From contig NC_043015.1 in the NCBI RefSeq assembly GCF_006345805.1, positions 5,456,001-5,520,000 of the forward strand: a DNA stretch of 64,000 nt, read 5' to 3'. A program made the position numbers and the translations under genes. The notes beneath the pieces were generated by a model. The model did no database searches. It was not told the DNA's origin and saw nothing but the letters and a program-made list of their open reading frames with translations. Below, piece by piece: positions 1-12,560 of this stretch; position 1 is the stretch's first letter, and every line of letters starts with the position of its first letter. Source of the DNA: Octopus sinensis. Taxonomy: Eukaryota.

Positions 1-59
1 TAGAGGAGTGTTGACACGATATAGAATATTACTTTTTTGTCCCCATCAACTTACATTTC

Positions 60-476
60 TTCTCGTTGAGAATAAAGAGGATATGCGGGTAACTGAACAC
101 TGATCTTCATAAGCGATCGTAGCTCCAATAAGATCACTTGTTGGTTCGCATACTGAAACTGAATTTGCTTTTAACTCGGACATATCTTCTTGTGCTCTAA
201 CCTTAACAGCTGAGTATCCATGGTTATGCTCATTACATCCTGTCGTATCTAGTCATTCACTATATGTATAGTTACTTTGCAAGATCGCTCTGCACATCTC
301 CAGTATATTTTTGTTTCATCGGTGTTTTTCTTATGATATTGATAGCTGTAATATTCCTCGTCAGCAAATATCTTTCCACCAATGTTATATTTTCTAAACT
401 CAGCCATGGGTTTCAAAGAAAACTTTGAATTATGAATTCCAGAATATATTGGACGTTTACTATTCGCAGTGCTCAA
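60..476 (-). mobile_element. Degenerate MULE/Mutator-like transposase N-terminus with FLYWCH-type zinc finger
   Basis: ORF 249-476 ends in YSYQYHKKNTDETKIYWRCAERSCKVTIHI. After a frameshift the minus strand continues GCNEHNHGYSAVKV..., completing the Y..WRC..C..HNH pattern typical of FLYWCH domains. Confidence 0.65.
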
Positions 477-659
477 GTTAAATAAAATTGCTAGCTTAAA
501 TTTCTTTTGATTTTAAAAAGAAAAATATTACTTTTGTGATGGTGTACAATTATGGTAACTACCATTTCGATTGTAACAAGCAAGTGTTAGAAAGTATACG
601 TCTAAAAACAATGTAAATAAACATGTAAAACACTTTTTTCTATGATAAAAAATTACCCA

Positions 660-800
660 TTTTCCCAGGGACGCAAATGTCCAGGGAGGCAAATATGCAG
701 GGATGCACATTTCAAATGTCTAGGCTACGAATGTCCGGTTACGGAATTGTATGGTACACAGTTTTCCGGGACGCAAATGTTTTGTACACCGGAATTTAGG
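660..800. repeat. Degenerate ~15-bp subterminal repeat array, probable MULE terminus
   Basis: GGGACGCAAATGT occurs at ~668 and ~767 with degenerate copies between them (cagggaggcaaatatg, cagggatgcacatttc). It lies upstream of the FLYWCH fragment on the minus strand. Confidence 0.5.
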
Positions 801-964
801 ACAGGAAAGAGGAAGTTTTTAAGAATATCCAAGGCCTGAATAACTTGCAAATGCCGCAACCGACAAAATATTGATCGTATTCACCACATGGTAATGAATG
901 ACATGCGTTTGACTATAAATAAAAGGGCAATGCCATTAACATATCTTGTGAGAAAGTAGCACTA

Positions 965-1265
965 TGAACTTGACATGACGTTTTTCCGCGTGGTGGGGGC
1001 CACGTCTTCTGACAATTGATATAAATTGCCGCAGTTTTAATATATCACGAGAAAACCTGACATTGTTTGTGGCAGACCCAGCTGGATTCCTTGAACGTTT
1101 CCTAGGACAGGATGCGTGTTGGGTTCATCAATTTAAGCCACAGTCAAAGAGACAATTTATACATTCGAAACGTCTCTCCGAAACTTATCAGTAGTTCAAG
1201 ATGGTTTCATTTGCAAGGAAGGTCATGGTCTTTGTGTTTTGGGTAAAACAAATAATATTCTTTGG
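965..1265 (+). mobile_element. Mariner (DD34D) transposase remnant, central part
   Basis: Translates with frameshifts to RW(V)PRLLTID..ISRENLTLFVADPAGFLERFLGQDACWVHQFKPQSKRQ..SFARKVMVFVFWVKQIIF, matching the mariner WVPRLL / QDETWVHH / KVMASVFWD motifs. Confidence 0.8.
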
Positions 1266-2189
1266 CTCTCTATACGAAGAATTTCAAATTAGAAGTTTCT
1301 TACCTGGTTATCCAACGTGTACGATATTGTGATTCTTATTGACAGACGAAATATGTATAATGCTAAATAAATTATACCATAATATTTTCCAGAGTCCTGT
1401 TTCGTTATATGATAATTCTGCAAAGAGTACTTCCAGAACTGTCATCTCCATGTGCCACACATAAATTCACCCAAAGCAACAAATATATAATGGATTCTAT
1501 TACTGGAATATGCAGATGTGCTTCACGAATACACAAAATGCATTTTCCCTACATACATAATTATATATATATATATATACATAATTATATATATATATAT
1601 AATATATATATATATATTTATATATAACTTGAGCTGTTGATGGAGAAAGAGAAAATCACATAAAACAACAGAAAGGAACGAAGATGAAAAGAGGAGAAAA
1701 CATGAGAAAGAAATGTAAACCTGATTGTGAATATATATATTCAACAAGTTATAGATAAATAATTAAAGCGAAGTTTGCTAATATGGCATCTGTTGTATAC
1801 GCTGCTCAATATTTTCTACGTTATTTCGTAATCTTTGTACGAAAGTTATCTACATTCACACACATGCATAACCCACACCCATACATACTCATTTATATAT
1901 ATATATGTAAGTATGTAATTATTTATTTATTTACTTATTTATATATACATTCACGAATACACAGCTTAATTTCTTAGATATGTTTCTTCATAAATGTTAT
2001 AAGCAATAGGCTTATATGCATACACGTGTACACATGTACATACATGGTTACATATATATAACTAAATTTATGTTTATATCAATATTATATATATATATAC
2101 ATACATGTATCCATATATATATATATATAGATATATATATATATATATATATAAATGTTGTATGTATAAGATGCATACATTTGTATATG

Positions 2190-2540
<351 letters not shown>

Positions 2541-2939
2541 ATATTGAAATATGCATGTATGTATTTCATTCTATATTGATTGAAAACATTTTTTTAATCT
2601 AAAATATGATCAAATATCTGAAATTTAAGAAAATATGAATAGGGATTCTCATGTAATTTAAAGAAAATTTTATCAATCTCTAGAATTATTGAAAATTTTG
2701 AAAGTCTTTGAAATTTAATAATATCGCATCATTACCTACATGAAAAAAATTTCTTCGGTTCAATGTACGTAAAAATCGTACATTTCCCCACATGTTAAGC
2801 AACGTGTAATGCATTGAGGATAAACTTTAGATTATCAATGATAATAGATTTATAAGGATGATCGTATTCAATGTCATATAGTTTCATGCAATTTTAATAA
2901 CGAAATAGTTTAATATATACATTAAGTTCGTAGATGTTT

Positions 2940-3220
2940 CTTAGCCCCTTTTCAACGCTCATCACCGTGTCCTACTTATGTTCAATAGACTTCTTTCAAA
3001 TTTGGCCATCGCATGATTTTACGTACATAGCTAAGCCACAGCTAATATTATATGTTCAGTATTCTTATCTCACTAGGTTTCTTCTTTTCTTTGCGGAAGA
3101 TTTAAATACTGTTTCTGGTGTATTAAGGGATCACGTTAAAACTGCCGGCTTACTCCTTCATAATTTGGTGTTGAAATGGTTAAATCGGTACAACCTGACC
3201 TTTTACAAGTTATTACGTTT
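2940..3220 (-). mobile_element. Possible highly degenerate PLE GIY-YIG fragment
   Basis: The minus strand gives ..YNISCGLAMYVKSCDGQI*KKSIEHK, which weakly resembles VYKIPCSCG..YIG.T.R.L..R..EHK. It contains many stops. Confidence 0.3.
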
Positions 3221-3480
3221 TAGTTTGTATATCCACACATATCACGTTCGTCTTCCTAGGCATACTTGCCCTTTGCATTACCATTATTATGCGTGAGAAC
3301 TAAGAACAAGTCAATAAGTCTGCTACATGACAGCACTCCAATATGGTCATATCAACTAATATAACTAGCAGAAGAAAAAAATAATGTGAATTTCTCAATG
3401 CTGAAAAATAATTATACTTTTCTCTGAACAACAGTGAAACTTACGATACGTAATTTGGTAAATGTATTTTTTAATTTTAT

Positions 3481-3527
3481 TTTATCTAGTTTCAGCTCAC
3501 GAGCTGTGGCCATGCTGGGGCACCGCC
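3481..3527 (-). mobile_element. SINE 3'-end fragment (variant tail)
   Basis: Minus strand GGCGGTGCCCCAGCATGGCCACAGCTCGTGAGCTGAAACTAGATAAA is homologous to the 3' end of the abundant SINE but has a different hairpin. Confidence 0.7.
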
Positions 3528-4977
3528 ATTGTAACAAACTTTTGGTTAAAACTCTTATTAAAGATCTTATGACGCAATTCAGTTCATGAAGGAAGATAAA
3601 AGCTGTGATACGTTCTCCCCCTCTCTCATTTTTCCTTTCTCCTTCTTTCTTTCTTACTCTCTCTGTCTCTCTTCATCTATATGTGCAAACATAGACGCAC
3701 ACACATACACTCCCACACTCACACACAGGCAGACATACATACATTCATCCAAGCATACATTCTTACGATTTCCAAATAAACGCATATCTATTGACTTCCG
3801 TATTTGTCAAAAATGCTTTGACGAATACTGTGAATCGGAGAAAGCAAACCATGGTTAACTATGTTACTATTTTAGCTTTTACCTCCGAGGCCGGCGTTGA
3901 TGAAACAAATTGGAACCCGTAATTTACACTCGTGCCAATCTTATTGTATTCAGATTTCATTATTGTCCTTGCCCAATTTTAGGAACATATATACGGTAAA
4001 TAGAACGGGCAACATTTATTTTTCATTCGGTCGTTTTTCTTCTATATAATAGTAATGAAATTATTTTATACAGTGCTCAGGTGTACCATATATAGATAAT
4101 GTTTATTAGGACATCATATGATATTTTACGTCCCAGCTTGTTCTAATATCTCATCCATCGAGGTAGATTTATCGTTTCCTAGACGATTCCATCTCGCCGT
4201 TCTGTGAGTTAACCATTTCACAAGAAAGAATACAATAACTACGGATATTCACATAATGGATTTCCGAGCCAACGTCGCCTAGGCATGGGCAAAGTTCAAA
4301 GAATATATCAGAGAAAGGATAAAAGAAATGTAAATTTTCATAAACTAAAATAGAAATAGAGTTGCTGGAAATGGTAGCTTTGAAATCTTTTACAGATTCA
4401 ATTTATCACAGACATATCCAATGTGTTACAATTTACATGAAAATGTTTCGTTTATTTTTACAACTTTTCAGTAATATTTGCACACACATACTCATTCACA
4501 CACATGCATACAAACATATATACATATAGACATTTATACATTTCCATATCTAACATCTACGCAATATATGCAGCGTGCTTTAATATAGACAAGATGAATT
4601 ACATATTTACAATTAAACATTAAAAGAAACCGTGGAAAGCTTTTCAAGATTCCGTTGAAATGATTTATGAGCTAAATCTAAAGAGAAAATATGCGAAGTC
4701 AGTAAAGTCCAATTAAACATTTTGCAATCATCAATATCAGGAAATCTAGTGAACAGACGTATACACATGCACACACAACATACGTCTCGAACGTACACTA
4801 ATACACAGAAACCCATACATGCATTCACATCTTGACACATACACACACACGTGCACACATATGTGTGCATATACTTGTATATTTTTATATAAATATATTT
4901 ATACATGTATATAAACATATATAAAGATATATTTATGAATGCACACACACGCACACATATAGATAGTTATATAAAGG

Positions 4978-5075
<98 letters not shown>

Positions 5076-5114
5076 CAGATAAATAGGTAGATAGATAGAC
5101 AGACAAACAGATAA

Positions 5115-5192
<78 letters not shown>
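4978..5192. repeat. (AGAT)n microsatellite
   Basis: Directly visible. Confidence 0.98.
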
Positions 5193-5193
<1 letters not shown>

Positions 5194-5257
5194 CTCATTG
5201 ATAAGCACGTAATTTAAAATATATGATTTCTTGGAATCAGAAAACATTTATATATAT

Positions 5258-5765
5258 ACTAGCAGTATCGCCCGACGTTGCTCGGGTTTGTAAGGGAAAT
5301 AACTATATAAGCATTTTTAGAGAGTTACTTCCCTTATAGATTCCAATTCGGGCTTTCTTAGCCATTTCTGTTTTGGTGTCTTCAAGCCATGAAGTCGTTG
5401 TTCTGAAAGAACGCTGGTCTCTTTGACAACGCTTTACGACGTTGATTTCCTTACACTCCCTTCCCCACAGCTTCACGATGGAGGGAAGAAGGGGGAGAAG
5501 CAAACATGTGCAGATGTGACCATGGACGCCAACTCCGCCGCCATTGACACACGATGCATTTTATGCATTAAAATGGAATAAAAAATGATGTTAAATTATT
5601 TTAAAAATCGTAGACTCATCGTAGACGCGCGCTAATAACCAGACGGGCTCGATATGAATCACGACTATAAGATACCCGAATTTGGTTAACCTGCACCGCA
5701 ACATGTGGGAGTAGTTAGGAATCTAAATCGAAGGGGACAGACACTCACACAACTACAGTTTTATT

Positions 5766-5770
<5 letters not shown>
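5258..5770 (+). mobile_element. Non-autonomous Helitron/Helentron-associated (HINE/DINE-1-like) element
   Basis: Starts ACTAGCAGTAT inside a TA run and has a 5' hairpin CCCGA-cgttgc-TCGGG. A second inverted repeat is TAAGGGAAATAAC...GTTACTTCCCTTA. It ends GGACAGACACTCACACAACTACAGTTTTATTTATATA. No ORF and no TSD are seen. Confidence 0.6.
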
Positions 5771-5820
<50 letters not shown>

Positions 5821-6363
5821 ATGTATATGTATATTCTTATGCACATGTTTATGTACTTTGATAGAATAAGAATTTGAAATGTTATGAAAGAATTCTCAAA
5901 CTATAATTTAGTATAAATTCTTTTTATATACTAACGTCTAACAGAATTAACAAACGTGCCATTCTTGTCTTCCTTGGTTTGCAAGAAATGGTAATGAAAT
6001 AGTCTTAAATCACATAGCACCGCCCAAAATGCTGGAAGCAATCATTTGGTAATCTAATTTTCGTTGCTCATAAAACTGGTAATCATAATGTGATAATTGT
6101 TCCTGTATTCGCTTGGTAATCAGTCTGTGGGAATCAGTTACATCCTTGAACTGCTGGAATGCATTTGATAATAAAAATATTTGAATGAATCTATTTTGAC
6201 TACTGACCTTCAATAGCAGTTTATTTTATCTCGGATGTTATCTACTCGGTATAGTTTGACACTACAAACAAACGATAAAAAAAGAACATTAACGACCACA
6301 ATTAATGCTTAACCAATATCATATAAATTTATCTACATCTTATTATACTTTTTCGTGTGCATT

Positions 6364-6898
6364 CGAAAGTTCGTGCCGGAAAGAAAAAGTTCAATAAATA
6401 CTTGCCATTACTTTTTTTAATCAACCAAATATGAAGTATTTTGTTGCACAATGCGTCTCCGTCTTTCCTTTAACTTGAAAATAACCTCTTCCCTGAATTG
6501 AGGTGGTTTCATGGCAAAGAATTCATCAAGGTATCTTTTTACGTCATCCAAGGAATTGAAATTTTTAACATTAAGACTATTCTGCAGAGATCTGAATAAG
6601 TGGAAATCCAAAGGAGCAATATCTGGTGAATATGGAGGATGGGGTAACACATCCCAGCCGAGCTGCTGCAATTTTTATCTGATTCCCAAAGCATTAAGTG
6701 CAGAAAATGAACTTTCTTTTCTTCCATTTTAAAGGGTTACATAATTAACACATATAATAGGAACATAAACCTTCTCCCACGAAAAGGTAGCTTAAACTGT
6801 GCTCTAAATGGAGGTGTAATCAAATCCTATTTTATGGATTCAACCATGTTCTAAAATAAGTCGAAAGATAAGCTACTATAAATCGGCACCAACTTTCC
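6364..6898 (-). mobile_element. Internally deleted mariner with remnant TIR pair
   Basis: ORF 6417-6671 reads QQLGWDVLPHPPYSPDIAPLDFHLFRSLQNSL...F.SLDDVKRYLDEFF, the mariner YSPDLAP C-terminus. Inverted repeats at 6364-6380 and 6882-6898 match at 13/17 positions. Confidence 0.85.
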
Positions 6899-7197
6899 GG
6901 ATATATACTGGATATGCTGCAAAAAGTGCCTCGAGAGAAGTAATTCCACTTATATATAATATGGGTCTAAACACACACTTGGCTATGTATGGTGTCACCG
7001 GAACCTAGAACTACGCTTTTTTTGTCGTTATGCATCAATCGTTTCGTATACCGAGCCGTCGTTCATGTCGTCTAAAACCTGGTAGCATTTATAATAGATT
7101 AGTAGATGGTCCTCACGGTATTTTAATCTAGTGATTCCTAGAGTGTGAGGGAGACTGAGGTTTAAAATGGTGTAAACTAATTGCTCGTTTCAGTAAT

Positions 7198-7585
7198 GGT
7201 GTAGAAGCACTCCATCGGTTACGACGACGAGGGTTCCGGTTGATCCGAATCAACGGAACAGCCTGCTCGTGAAATTAACGTGTAAGTGGCTGAGCACTCC
7301 ACAGACACGTGTACCCTTAACGTAGTTCTTGGGGATATTCAGCGTGACACAGAGAGTGACAAGGCCGGCCCTTTGAAATACAGGTACAACAGAAACAGGA
7401 AGTAAGAGTGAGAGAAAGTTGTGGTGAAAGAGTACAACAGGGATCACCACCATCTCTGCCGGAGCGTCGTGGAGCTTTAGGTGTCTTCGCTCAATAAACA
7501 CTCACAACGCCCGGTCTGGGAATCGAAACCGCGATCCTACGACCGCGAGTCCGCTGCCCTAACCACTGGGCCATTGCGCCTCCAC
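7198..7585 (-). mobile_element. tRNA-derived SINE, family B (head GGAGGCGCAATGGCCCAGTGGTTAGG)
   Basis: A-box and B-box (GGTTTCGATTCCC) head; homologous to 39337-39691. Degenerate TSD tttcagtaat (7188-7197) / tttcaataat (7586-7595). Confidence 0.9.
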
Positions 7586-8466
7586 TTTCAATAATATGGA
7601 CATAGTATTAGAAGTTTCACTTTCGAAAAGACTGTGGCGGAACTTATGACTTTATATAGATACAATATGTATTCAAATGAATTAGAGGAAAATTTCTGCT
7701 AATACCTTTCGTGTGTGATCCTGTTAATTGTCTGAGACCTACATGTTTCATTTTATGGATACACTGAATGTCATACATAAATATCTAATTTAATCTGATA
7801 TTGCTTATGTTTCGCATAAGGACATGCGTGTGTGTATGTGTGTATGTGTGTATGTGTGTATGTGTGTGTGTGTGTATGCGTGGGTATATGTGTAAGACTA
7901 GCTTCTGTGTTAAAGTAAGGGAATGGTTGTTCAGGACCTGTGATAGATGATACTTAAAAAATTAACCCCTTACTGGCCCGAATCAGATATCGCTTGGTTT
8001 TGGATCGGAATAATGAAATGACAATGTATGTACACACACAAGCGCGCACACACACACACACACACACGCACACGCTCGCAAACACACACACACAAACACA
8101 CGCAAGCACACACACACACATAAGTGGATGAGTGTTCGATCGTAGTCTGAGAATATCTCTGTTGCAAATTCTTAGTGGAGAACCTTCACAAATGATAGTC
8201 ATGAAATATATTTGCTGTACATTAGCTCACTTCAACTACAAGGCCAACATCGCTTCAAGAGGTGCACGTTGTAGCGAAATCACGTGTGGCAGTGATCGTA
8301 GATTGAAATCATGATCTTGCAATCGTAAATACAATACCCTAATCATTAAGTTGTGTAACCTCACACACAACGCGCACACACACAAACGCATGCGTATTTA
8401 TGCACACGCATACATACACACATATATATAGGTATGTATGTGTATGTGTGTATATATATATATATA

Positions 8467-8652
8467 TACTCTTTTACTTGTTTCAGTCATTTGACTGTGG
8501 CCATGCTGGAGCACCGCCTTTAGTCGAGCAAATCGACTACAGGACTTATTCTTTGTAAGCCTAGTACTTATTCTATAGGTCACTTTTGCCAAACCGCTAA
8601 GTTACGGGGGAACAAACACAGACACACAAACATACACTCACACACACACAAA

Positions 8653-8724
<72 letters not shown>

Positions 8725-8888
8725 CGACGGGCTTCTTTAAATTTCCGTCTACGAAATCCACTGACAAGGTTTTGGTCTGCCCGAGGCTACAGTAGAAGAC
8801 ACATGCCCAAGGGGCCACGCATTGGGACTGAACCCGAAACCATGTGGTTCCTAAGCAAGCTATTTACCACACAGCCACTCCTACGCCT
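8467..8888 (-). mobile_element. tRNA-derived SINE, family A (OK-like), with internal (CA)n/(TA)n
   Basis: Head AGGCGTAGGAGTGGCTGTGTGGTAAATAGC..GGTTCAGTCCCA; tail CATGGCCACAGTCAAATGACTGAAACAAGTAAAAGAG. At least 7 homologous copies are in the window. Confidence 0.9.
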
Positions 8889-11809
8889 ATATATATATAT
8901 AAACACACACACACACACATATGTACGTTTACGTAGATATGTACATAAGTGTATGTGTGTAAGTAGTCATACACATACAGACCGATATAGATGCGTGGCT
9001 GTTGTTCACATTCACATACATCTATGTTTATGTTTTTTTTATTTAATTACCTACATAGGAAAATGTGTGACTTCTCAAAATATAAGGGAAAATAATATGA
9101 GTACATGACAGATTTCAAAGTAGCAGTATTATATATTGTTTGATTAGGTAAAAGCTATTATTATTCATCATATCTTTATAACGGATAACGTGACGTCTTA
9201 ATGTCTTGACTATATCCATAAAACAGTCCTTGGACGAAAATTGTATGGACGTTTTCCTTTGACGGTTAATGGCGGCCAAACTGAGGCTAGGATCAGGCTG
9301 AAAATTGGCTAGGATACTAAATGATTGGTGAGGATGAGACCCGCGATGGGTAAAATTCTTAAGCTATAAAGATGTGGTTTCTATGGCAATTATATTATAT
9401 TGTGATCTATAGTTTCCGAAATTAACTTGATCCTGCAAGGGAAGTAACTCTTACCTTTCGACTATAAAGTGACTGGACAACGAAAAATTTTTCTAATTTC
9501 GCTTTCGTTAAACACAATCTTCTAACCATTTAGTAATATTTCTAAATGAATGTGATTTCAAAAATGTAAGTTGTTTGTACAATAAGTATTTACATTTTAG
9601 CTTTCTTTAAACAGCCAATATTTCAATGGTAATTTAAAATTATTTTCAAGTGAATACCATTACAAAAATTATTTTTATCGTAAATATTTCGTAAAAGACC
9701 TGTTCGTAAATTCAGTGTGAAATATATTTTTTCCTTAGGTTTTTTTCGAGTGCTTTCAATGTATCTCACTTCCAAATATTTGGCTGCTATTTCTAGCAGG
9801 CCCCGCTACCACGTAACCGCTATTTGCAATAAAGGACCCGAAGTACATGTTGTGTGGTAGCAAGGCGTGCAAGAAATAGCAGCTAAATCTTTCCTTTTCT
9901 GGGGAAAGGACCTGCTTACGCGTGGTTTCGAAGTCACATTCGTTGAAAGCATACTAAATAGTCTGGAAAAAGAAGAAAAAAACCCACGAAACAAAACTCT
10001 GTTGCTGGGAAACGCAGACTTTTCCGGTGACCAATGGGTTACGAGTCGTCTCGTCTTACTATAATTTGACGATGACCAAGCATGGTTGTAAAATCAATGA
10101 ACGAAAACAGTATTCTGCGTTTATATGCATGGCCGTGTCTCGATCCGTATAGTGGGTCTTGGTACAAAATTTTCAATGTATATTATTATACTTTTATCGA
10201 TACATATATGAAATTAATCTTAGAGTTTTTTCTGGTCATTTTTATTTTATTTTCTTTTACTCTCATCTACTGGTAATTTTCTCTTATCTCTTTAGAATTA
10301 ATTATGTTTTTTTTTAGTTAATTGAAAAACAAATTAAAGCAATTCTTCTGAACGCACAAAACGCAAAAATGTGCGCACTATTTGTGCATTCGTCAAACCT
10401 ATCTCCATCATCTTATTTTCTGGTGATACACTTATTTGACTGCGCTTTCGCAGTTGGCAGTCATTTCACACAGTCTATGCGTTCAGAGACATACAATGTT
10501 CTTGTGTTTGTACGTATATTTATATATGATTTGCAATCCAACGTATTTCATTTTTTTAAATAAACCTACTGCAGACTTTATAGCGTCACGCATCTTTCTT
10601 CTCTTTGCTTATTTAAAGGTTTGACACTACATTCGAAGGAACAAAATTAATTATTTTCTTTCAGCACCAAATATGATAAAATCATTATGAAGGTTGAAAA
10701 AGTTTCAATTACACTTGTTACACCGATTATGAATTTGATTAGTGAGGCTCTTAGCACATCCCTAATGTTTTGTGTTTTTTTTTTTTAAATCTACGACGCA
10801 TGCATCAAAACATCTCTACTGTATACGTCTGCGTCATAGACATCCTGTCTCTAATACAACAGCACACATCGAGAGTTCCTCACTGTATGTGTTTAACTAT
10901 ATTAAAATTGAGCAGAAAATATTTTACACCTGTCACTTACGAGCTGAAAATAATCGAGTGAGTCACCAAGAAAGCACTCCAGTTCACGTATCCTAAATGA
11001 TAGTGTAGTGGTATCACCTACCTTGATAATTGCTCTGTACTTTAACAATAATGTCGAGTTTAAAGCCTTTGTTAGGCTTTCTCATTAGGCTTTCTCATTG
11101 CAAGGCTTTCTCATTGCAACATAGAACTGAGATTTCATCATCCGTGTTTGTATTATTCTACCCCAGGCAACATAATACAAACTTCTTGTTTTAATGGGAT
11201 TTAAACTAAAAATATCCATCAAAGTATCACGTTAATTTTCTTCTAATTTCCAGATTAAGAATAAGAAAATCACCTTACCCATTTTCTTAATTATTTTCAA
11301 TATTCTTGGAACCAATTTCTGGATATACCAACAGAAATATGGCAACAAATATGCTAAATCATAGAGCATAACAAATAAGAAGGGAAGCTAAATTACCCAT
11401 GAAATACAGAATGGAAATTCGTGTTGAAAGGATCACAACCTTACCTGCACTTTTTGTGGTTGAATTAATCCAACCTGGATTTATGATATAAAAACAATTC
11501 CATCAACACCACAAGAGGAATAATTGTCTTCATATCCAAGTGCTCAACAACTGTTGAGATGGAAATCTATTTTAGAGGGATACACAAAACGGTAGTTGCA
11601 CTTGATGAAGACCTTAAAATTATATGCTACATGTCACGAAAATAATACAAAACAAAACTAGAAATGTGTAGTCATCTGTGAGTCAATACAATATCTTACC
11701 AACTTGTTAAAGCATGCATCGTCAATGAAACAGTTGCTGTATCCAGTGTTTATTCTATTTCACGATATTAACACGCATACGCATAGAGCATAGGCACACA
11801 GAGAGAAAG

Positions 11810-12072
11810 ACTCCAGCCGGAAAATGTTATGACGTAGACGAGATTTGCAATGAAGTCAGTCTCCATTTTAAATGTTTGCTCTTGTTTCTCTTGTTTTAGA
11901 GTCTTCCATTCTGAGTCTTCCATTATGTTGGAACATGTTCTGCAGTTCGCTCCTCCACACTTTGTAACTCTTGCTTCCGTTATTTTTTAGTATAGTTTTG
12001 CATTTGTGAGTATCCGCTTCAGTGGATTTGGCTGTTTGCTGCTTTCAATAATTTTGTGGGTGAATAGAATTT
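11810..12072 (-). mobile_element. PLE fragment (RT-EN linker plus start of GIY-YIG), inverted 5' segment
   Basis: The minus strand translates as ILFTHKIIESSKQPNPLKRILTNAKL / TEARVTKCGGANCRTCSNIMEDSEW...IANLVYVITFSGW, a Cys-rich linker followed by the first GIY-YIG strand (LVYVIT.SGC). Confidence 0.65.
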
Positions 12073-12084
12073 CGACGCAAATGT

Positions 12085-12560
12085 CCCCAAGACTTAGATC
12101 TACACTACACAGACAACAAATCTACCACCCCAGTACCGCCAAATACGACTCAGTGGTCACACAGACAGATGTGCTTAGGAACGCCAACCAAAATTCACAT
12201 TAGTCCCACTATAATATATCTCAACTGAAAAACGACTAAATGAAAAGGCTACATTTATTGAAAGACACAAAACACAACTTAATATAAATATATAATGGAA
12301 TTCCCAATTAACAACCAACCTGCAAATAGGAAAAAATGATTTACCTCCTCTTAGCTCAGAAATATTACATCCACTGATTATCCCTTTAGCTGCAATACAT
12401 TATATTCACAGATTATTCTCCATGGGCTATACTCTTCGGTATAAACGCAAACTTGGATCATACCTGCTTCTACGGAAAATTATATCAAAACGTTACTATG
12501 AATTCATAACTGAGTTATGATTAGCAAAGCGAAACCGGTCGACTTTGTACATATTGTAAT
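12085..12560 (+). mobile_element. PLE 3' segment: GIY-YIG C-terminus, 3' UTR and HHR-like remnant
   Basis: Translates as LRSTLHRQQIYHP / QYRQIRLSGHTDRCA*ERQPKFTLVPL*YISTEKRLNEKATFIERHKTQLN, typical of the PLE GIY-YIG end. GAAACCGGTC at 12531-12540 is a PLE-type palindromic HHR 3' half. Confidence 0.65.
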
